A stretch of 64,000 nt of DNA. Source: Rhodospirillales bacterium. GTDB taxonomy: Bacteria > Pseudomonadota > Alphaproteobacteria > JAJFIK01. The position numbers were made by a program, and so were the translations under genes. The DNA is taken from NCBI GenBank assembly GCA_021775005.1, contig JAJFIK010000080.1, positions 2,014-66,013 of the forward strand. The letters are read 5' to 3'. Under the pieces are notes generated by a model. That model worked only from the letters and a program-made list of their open reading frames with translations, ran no database searches and had not been told where the DNA came from. Positions 57,871 to 64,000 of the stretch are shown in pieces (the stretch's first letter is position 1; every line of letters starts with the position of its first letter).

Positions 57871-58701
57871 TTATGCGCTCTTGGTGTAAACCGTGCGTGT
57901 GGGGAAGGGAATGTCGATGCCGTTCGCGTCCAGCGCTTCTTTCAGGGATTTTGTCAGGTCAAACTTGACCGGCCAATAGTCGGAACCGTTGACCCACAGG
58001 CGGATGACAATGTCGACTGAACTATCGCCCAAGTTAACAACGCCCTGAAAAGGTTCAGGGTCGGACAGAACGCGGCTGTCTTTACTCCAGGTGTCTTTCA
58101 GAACCGCCAGCGCTTTGTTGATGTCAGAGCCATAGGAAATCCCCATGGTGATATCGCAGCGGCGGGTCGGGTGGCCATTGTAGTTTTTGACCGAGTCGCC
58201 CCAGACCGCGCTGTTGGGAACAATGATTTGCACATTGTCCGGCGTGGCCAGTTCCGTGGTGAACAGGGAGATGGCTTTTACGGTTCCTGAATGCCCGGCG
58301 ACTTCAATAAAATTGCCCAGCCTGAAGGGTCGGAACATAAGCAGCATGATGCCAGCCGCCACATTAGAAAGGGTGCCTTGCATCGCTAGGCCGATAGCCA
58401 GGCCCGCAGCACCAAGCACGGCAATCAGGCTGGTGGTTTCCACGCCGAAGCGGTCGAGCACCGCCAGGATGGTGATGATGACGATCAGATAGCGCGCAAT
58501 ACTGGCCAGGAAGTTTGCCACGGCCTCGTCAAAGTTCGGCATCCGGTCGAGGGCCTTTTTGACCCATCTGCTGATGCGACTGGCAAACCAGAAACCGACA
58601 ATCAGGACCAGAATGGCCAGCAACAGATTGACCCCGACTGTCATGGCCAGCGGAATGGCCGCATCGATAATTTGTTGCGTGAGTGTTGAGGCGTCTTCCA
58701 T
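57871..58701 (-). CDS. mscS: Small-conductance mechanosensitive channel
   Basis: AVLGAAGLAIGLAMQG.LSN.AAG, RPF, VPNS, IPFP. Confidence 0.93.
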   Translation of the reverse strand: MEDASTLTQQIIDAAIPLAMTVGVNLLLAILVLIVGFWFASRISRWVKKALDRMPNFDEAVANFLASIARYLIVIITILAVLDRFGVETTSLIAVLGAAGLAIGLAMQGTLSNVAAGIMLLMFRPFRLGNFIEVAGHSGTVKAISLFTTELATPDNVQIIVPNSAVWGDSVKNYNGHPTRRCDITMGISYGSDINKALAVLKDTWSKDSRVLSDPEPFQGVVNLGDSSVDIVIRLWVNGSDYWPVKFDLTKSLKEALDANGIDIPFPTRTVYTKSA

Positions 58702-58789
58702 TTTCCCCTCCGAGGGTGGTGATGGCGAGTTTGGCCCTTCGATTAATCCATGCGGTGCAGAAGGGCAACTGATGGGGTTATAGTTCTTT

Positions 58790-61267
58790 ATGATTTTGGC
58801 CCCTCAAGAAGATTTGGCGTTGCCGGAAACCTTCCAGTCCTGGTTCAAGGGCCGCGGCTGGCAGCCGCGCGCGCACCAGCTGGATTTGCTGGCCAAGGCG
58901 CAGGCCGGTCGCTCCGCCCTACTGATCGCCCCTACAGGCGGGGGCAAGACCCTGGCAGGGTTTCTGCCTACATTGATTGAGCTGAGCGCTCTTGGTCCGC
59001 GCAAGCCTGGGCGGCCGCGCGGGGTGCATACGCTTTATATCTCGCCGCTGAAAGCGCTGGCGGTGGACATCGCCCGCAACCTGGAAGCGCCGATTGCGGA
59101 AATGGGCCTGCCCATCAAGGTGGAAACCCGCACTGGCGACACCCCCGCAAGCCGTCGCCAGCGGCAGAAAACATCGCCGCCGGACATCTTGCTAACCACA
59201 CCCGAGCAACTGGCACTGCTTCTTGCCTATAAAGATGCGCGGCGCTTCTTTGAGTCACTCAAGTACATTGTGCTGGATGAACTCCATGCATTAGTCACCT
59301 CCAAACGCGGGGACTTGCTGGCGCTCGACTTGGCACGGGTGGAGGCGCTTGTGCCGGGGGTCAGACGCATCGGCCTTTCTGCAACGGTGAAAGATCCTGA
59401 TCACTTGCAGCGCTATCTGGTACCGCAACGAACAGGGGATGAGCGCGCAGCGCTGGTGCTCGGTAAACCCGGCCAGCCGCCGCAGGTTACAGTGCTCGCC
59501 AGTGAAGCGCATATTCCCTGGTCCGGCCATTCCACGCGCCACGCCATTCCGGAGGTTTACAACGCCATTCAGGCGGCCAACCTGACGCTGATTTTCGTGA
59601 ATACGCGCAGTCAGGCGGAACTTGTGTTTCAGGAGCTTTGGCGCATCAACGAGGAAAGCCTGCCCATTGCACTTCATCATGGCTCTCTTGTGGTTGAGCA
59701 GCGCCGCAAAGTGGAAGCCGCTATGGCGGGGGGCAAACTGAAAGCCGTTGTGTGTACGTCCACTCTTGACCTTGGCATTGACTGGGGCGACGTGGATCTG
59801 GTCATCCAATTGGGCGCGCCGAAGGGGGCAAGCCGCCTTTTGCAGCGCATTGGCCGCGCCAATCACCGCATGGATGAACCAAGCTGCGCGCTGTTGGTGC
59901 CCTCCAACCGCTTTGAGGTGATGGAATGCACAGCGGCCAAGGAAGCTGCAGAACACAACATCCTGGATGGGGAGCTGGAACGCACCGGGGCGCTGGATGT
60001 GCTGGCGCAACATGTGCTCGGCGTGGCCTGCGCGGAACCGTTTAATCTGGCAAAGCTATACGATGAGGTGTGCACCGCCGCGCCCTATGCAGAACTTGCC
60101 TATGAGGACTTCGAAGCGGTGGTGGATTTTGTCGCTACTGGCGGCTATGCGCTGCGCAGCTATGATCGTTTTCGCCGCATTGTGAAAACGCCCGAAGGCA
60201 AATACCGCATTGCCAATCCCAGGGTGGCGCAGCGCTATCGCATGAATGTGGGCACCATTGTTGAGTCGCCCATGCTGAAAGTGCGCCTGCGCAAGTCCGT
60301 CAAGGCGCGCGGCGGGCGCGTGCTGGGGGAAGTGGAAGAATCTTTGGTCGATCAAATGGTTCCCGGCGACACGTTTTTGTTCGCCGGCGAAGTGCTGCGC
60401 TTTGAGGGCCTGCATGAGACCGAAGTGGCGGTGACGCGCACTATGGATGAAAATCCCATGATCCCGTCTTACAACGGCGGCAAGTTTCCCCTTTCGACCT
60501 ATCTGGCAGCGCGGGTGCGGGAGATTGTCTCCACGCCTGAGGAATGGCAAGCGTTGCCAACCCAAGTGGCAGAGTGGCTTGAGATTCAACGTTTCAGATC
60601 GGTGCTTCCCAAGCCGGGGGAGCTGTTGGTGGAAACTTTTCCCCGCGGCGGTAAAAACTATTTGGTCTGTTATCCGTTTGAAGGGCGGCTCGCCCATCAG
60701 ACATTGGGTATGTTGCTCACGCGCCGTCTTGAGCGGCAAAATTTCCACCCCTTGGGGTTTGTCGCTAGTGAATATGCCATGGCCATTTGGAGCCTTGAGG
60801 ACATGAGCCCGCTCAAAATGTCAGCGTTATTTGATCAGGACATGCTGGGGGATGATCTTGAAGCCTGGCTGGCGGAAAGTGCTCTGCTCAAACGCACCTT
60901 TCGGCAATGTGCGGTCATTGGCGGTCTTATTGAGCGGCGCTTCCCGGGGCAGGAGAAATCTGGCCGCCAGGTCACATTCTCATCGGATCTCATCTACGAT
61001 GTGCTTCGCGAACACGAGCCCGATCATATTCTATTGCGCGCCACGCAAATCGATGCAGCGCGGGGGCTTTTGGATATTGAGCGTTTGGGCGCCATGCTTG
61101 AGCGGATCAAGGGCCACATTGTGCATCGTAAATTGCCGCGAATCTCGCCGCTTGCGGTGCCGGTGATGCTGGAGATTGGCAAAGAACCGATCTACGGTGA
61201 GGCGAACGAAGTGCTGCTGCGGGAAACCGAAGCTACTCTAGTGCAAGAGGCCATGCGCCGTGACTGA
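58790..61267 (+). CDS. Ligase-associated DNA damage response DEXH-box helicase (Lhr-core)
   Basis: APTGGGKT, SPLKAL, RTGDT, TTPE, DELH, HHGSL, QRIGRANH. Confidence 0.93.
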   Translation: MILAPQEDLALPETFQSWFKGRGWQPRAHQLDLLAKAQAGRSALLIAPTGGGKTLAGFLPTLIELSALGPRKPGRPRGVHTLYISPLKALAVDIARNLEAPIAEMGLPIKVETRTGDTPASRRQRQKTSPPDILLTTPEQLALLLAYKDARRFFESLKYIVLDELHALVTSKRGDLLALDLARVEALVPGVRRIGLSATVKDPDHLQRYLVPQRTGDERAALVLGKPGQPPQVTVLASEAHIPWSGHSTRHAIPEVYNAIQAANLTLIFVNTRSQAELVFQELWRINEESLPIALHHGSLVVEQRRKVEAAMAGGKLKAVVCTSTLDLGIDWGDVDLVIQLGAPKGASRLLQRIGRANHRMDEPSCALLVPSNRFEVMECTAAKEAAEHNILDGELERTGALDVLAQHVLGVACAEPFNLAKLYDEVCTAAPYAELAYEDFEAVVDFVATGGYALRSYDRFRRIVKTPEGKYRIANPRVAQRYRMNVGTIVESPMLKVRLRKSVKARGGRVLGEVEESLVDQMVPGDTFLFAGEVLRFEGLHETEVAVTRTMDENPMIPSYNGGKFPLSTYLAARVREIVSTPEEWQALPTQVAEWLEIQRFRSVLPKPGELLVETFPRGGKNYLVCYPFEGRLAHQTLGMLLTRRLERQNFHPLGFVASEYAMAIWSLEDMSPLKMSALFDQDMLGDDLEAWLAESALLKRTFRQCAVIGGLIERRFPGQEKSGRQVTFSSDLIYDVLREHEPDHILLRATQIDAARGLLDIERLGAMLERIKGHIVHRKLPRISPLAVPVMLEIGKEPIYGEANEVLLRETEATLVQEAMRRD

Positions 61268-61949
61268 TGAGACGTGTCAATTTGAGGTGGCAGGAGAGGT
61301 GGTGATTGCCCATCCAAGCGGGGCGGCATTTGTGCCCAGCCAGAACACCTTGATCGTTTCAGACCTCCACTTTGAGAAAGGGTCTTTCTTTGCCGCAAAA
61401 GGGCAATTCCTCCCGCCCTATGACACCCGCGCAACCCTGTCTCGATTGCAAACGGCAATAGACCGCTTTCAGCCCGTCCGTGTCATCGCGCTGGGGGATT
61501 CATTTCATGATGGCGCCGCCGACACGCGGATCGCGGGCGATGATTGGCAATCGATCCAGACGCTCTCAGCGCGATTTGATTGGACCTGGATCACCGGCAA
61601 TCACGATGAGACATTGCCCGCTGGCATCGGCGGAACGATTTGTGCGGAGCTTAAACTTGGGCCCCTTACCCTGCGTCATGAACCGACGGCGGCACCGGCG
61701 CGCGGGGAAGTCGCCGGCCATTTGCACCCTTGCGCGCGGGTGCAAACGAGCTCGCGATCCTTGCGGCGGCGATGCTTCGTTGGCGACGGGGATCGGCTGA
61801 TTATGCCCGCCTTTGGCGCATTTACGGGCGGGCTCGACATTGCGGACAAGGCCTATGACGGGCTCTTTGATGGGTCCGTGACGGCTTGGGTGCTGGGCAG
61901 GTCGCGCGTCTACACCATTCCCGCGAAGGGACTCGCCGGTGTTTCCTAG
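61260..61949 (+). CDS. pdeM: Ligase-associated metallophosphoesterase/endonuclease PdeM
   Basis: SDLHFEK, LPPYD, LGDSFH, GNHD, HEP, GHLHP, PAFG.FTGG; overlaps the helicase stop. Confidence 0.9.
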   Translation: MTDETCQFEVAGEVVIAHPSGAAFVPSQNTLIVSDLHFEKGSFFAAKGQFLPPYDTRATLSRLQTAIDRFQPVRVIALGDSFHDGAADTRIAGDDWQSIQTLSARFDWTWITGNHDETLPAGIGGTICAELKLGPLTLRHEPTAAPARGEVAGHLHPCARVQTSSRSLRRRCFVGDGDRLIMPAFGAFTGGLDIADKAYDGLFDGSVTAWVLGRSRVYTIPAKGLAGVS

Positions 61950-62713
61950 TTTTGGCGGAACATTAAGGTTGAACCCCAGCCCACGCCAAACGCCATGATC
62001 AAAGCTAAAATGCCATAGAGAAATGGCTGCTCGTGCGCCAGTGCCGTTAGTTGACCCTCGATGCCTACTTTCTCAATCGTAAGCGGCGCGGATACCGCCG
62101 CCACGTTGATGCCATCCTCAAAGAGATAAAAAGATACTGTGTAAGTGCCTTCAGGCACCGTCGGCGGCATGGGGATGCGGGCGCGAAATAGTCGGTCACT
62201 TCGGAACACAACACCGCTTTCGTTTTGCACCACTGTACCCCCTGCAGCGCGAATATTGATCAGCTGTTGGCGGAATGTTTCATAGACGGCAATTTCCACA
62301 GTGCTTTCAAATATATCTGGCAGCCCTAAGACATCGGTGCCGATATGAAATTCATCCCGCAAGCTTGATGACGTTATGTCGATGAGGGGCGCACTGCTGG
62401 CAACATAGTAAAATGATGGAATATCCTCGATGATCACGGATGTACCATTGATCCAGATACCTGAAGCATGGCGTTCTTTGCGGCGCACGGTGACGTCTGA
62501 AGGAGCCCCGCTTACGGTAACCACTACATGAGGGCTGAGACGTTCAGGGTCGAGCTCGCCTTCAATAGACCCAAAGACGATTATTTCCGTTCCCGTAAAG
62601 TTTGAGCTTAGCGAGATGTGACGCTCGGAAAGGTCCGCCGCAAGACGTTGCCCTGCCGCAGGTGTTAGCGATGCAGCAAGCGCAAAGGTGATTATGAGCG
62701 TGCTCAATCGCAT
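61946..62713 (-). CDS. TIGR02186 family protein
   Basis: L.ADLS...I...SNFTG.EI.VFG, VRRK, GIWIN, LFRA; coupled to tauE. Confidence 0.88.
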   Translation of the reverse strand: MRLSTLIITFALAASLTPAAGQRLAADLSERHISLSSNFTGTEIIVFGSIEGELDPERLSPHVVVTVSGAPSDVTVRRKERHASGIWINGTSVIIEDIPSFYYVASSAPLIDITSSSLRDEFHIGTDVLGLPDIFESTVEIAVYETFRQQLINIRAAGGTVVQNESGVVFRSDRLFRARIPMPPTVPEGTYTVSFYLFEDGINVAAVSAPLTIEKVGIEGQLTALAHEQPFLYGILALIMAFGVGWGSTLMFRQN

Positions 62714-63627
62714 TATGGATGTCCAATCGCCAGTGAAAACGGGTTGAGCGGCGGTGCGAAGAGGCCATAACCAAGGCGCAGACACACCCCTAGCACGAGG
62801 AGCGCCAGAAGCGCGCGTAGTTGCTCGCTGCGCAAGCGCGCGCCAACGCGGACACCAAGCTGTACCCCCACAACGCCGCCAACAAGAAGAAAAAAGGCGA
62901 GCACCACATCAACGGTTTGGTTTGCCACCGCATGAAGCATTGTAACCACAGCCGTCACGAACAGAATTTGGAACAAAGATGTTCCCACAACGATATTGGT
63001 GGGCATACGCAAGAGATAAATCATCGCCGGTACCATAATGAAGCCGCCGCCCACGCCCATGATCGCTGCAAGCAATCCCACAACAAATCCGATCCCCAGG
63101 GGCGGGAGTGCGCTGACATAGAGTTTTGAGCGTCTGAACCGCATTTTGAACGGCAGACCATGGACCCAATTATGGCGCACACCTGATTTTGTGCTCTGAC
63201 CCGCGCGCACTTTGAACAGGGTTTGCAAAGACTCAGCAAGCATCAAGCTGCCGATCCCCCCAAGAAAGACCACATAGGCGAGCGAAATCAGCAGATCCAC
63301 TTGGCCGATTTCTCGCAAGTACCGAAAGATCCACACGCCGAAGAAGGATCCCACGATACCGCCGGTGAGCAGCACTGCTCCCATTTTAAAATCTACGGTC
63401 TTGCGGCGCCAGTGCGCCAGGACACCGGCAGTGGATGAGGCAACAATTTGATTGGCTTCCGTGGCAACTGCGACCGCAGGCGGGATACCGGCAAAAATGA
63501 GTAAAGGGGTCATCAAGAAACCACCGCCCACGCCAAACATGCCCGATAAAAACCCGACGCCCCCGCCCATGGCGATGAGCAGAAGGACGTTCACGGACAT
63601 TTCGGCGATCGGCAGATAGACCTGCAT
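62713..63627 (-). CDS. Sulfite exporter TauE/SafE family protein
   Basis: MQVYLPIAE, GMFGVGGGFLMTP, MGVGGGFIMVP, VGTSLFQ. Confidence 0.92.
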   Translation of the reverse strand: MQVYLPIAEMSVNVLLLIAMGGGVGFLSGMFGVGGGFLMTPLLIFAGIPPAVAVATEANQIVASSTAGVLAHWRRKTVDFKMGAVLLTGGIVGSFFGVWIFRYLREIGQVDLLISLAYVVFLGGIGSLMLAESLQTLFKVRAGQSTKSGVRHNWVHGLPFKMRFRRSKLYVSALPPLGIGFVVGLLAAIMGVGGGFIMVPAMIYLLRMPTNIVVGTSLFQILFVTAVVTMLHAVANQTVDVVLAFFLLVGGVVGVQLGVRVGARLRSEQLRALLALLVLGVCLRLGYGLFAPPLNPFSLAIGHP

Positions 63628-63713
63628 AGATCACTCTTGGTCGAGGAGGTTGCCTTCTCGCAGGAAGGTGGCCCCCGTAAGTTCGGTTTGGTCCGAACTC
63701 GAACCCTCGCGCT

Positions 63714-64000
63714 CTAGTTTGCGCTTACCGCAGCTTCAAGACGCGACAATAACGCGGTGGATACGCGTCCGGTGACGGATAGCCCCACACGTTGCTCAAA
63801 CAATCGAATAGCTTCCGCTGTTCGCGGCCCCATGATGCCGTCCGGCGGCCCGGCCGTGAAGCCCAAACGGTTTAGAAATTCTTGTGCCAGGGCAACTTCA
63901 TTAGGGCTTGCGCCGAGGGGCTGTGAAATGGAGAGCCGCCCGTTGGCTTCAGGGTTGGCGGTACGGGGCTGCCAATCACGCACCGCGGAATCGATTTGGC
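63714..64000 (-). CDS. C-terminal peptidoglycan-binding domain of a PodJ-like polar localization protein (5' part outside window)
   Basis: AQEFLNRLGF.AGP.DGIMGPRT.EAIR.FE...GL..TG (PG_binding_1); frame open to the window edge; podJ-tauE-TIGR02186 order is common in Alphaproteobacteria. Confidence 0.7.
   Translation of the reverse strand, partial: QIDSAVRDWQPRTANPEANGRLSISQPLGASPNEVALAQEFLNRLGFTAGPPDGIMGPRTAEAIRLFEQRVGLSVTGRVSTALLSRLEAAVSAN

Overview
64-kb chromosomal window of an alphaproteobacterium, shown by gcrA, the 3' end of a podJ-like gene next to tauE/TIGR02186, class I lysS, alphaproteobacterial dcd and a RogA-like repressor. It is mostly core and housekeeping genes (about 55 CDS plus tRNA-Gly(CCC)). 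The left end carries an RND pump, a tRNA-3'-end att remnant and an AT-rich accessory patch (sulfotransferase, AAA_14/DUF4143 ATPase). Most notable: (i) four NrdR-box-like motifs at an exact 31-bp period upstream of gcrA, together with a CtrA box and clustered GANTC sites; (ii) a self-contained, sigma54-type operon of two secreted HfaD-like repeat proteins with no other holdfast genes nearby; (iii) a P-loop/FHA-like/PPP-phosphatase fusion convergent with a DUF47-Pit phosphate transport pair; (iv) organosulfur genes (mddA, comB-comA). All family calls come from motif recognition by eye, not database searches; start codons were adjusted from the ORF track using RBS and homology cues.
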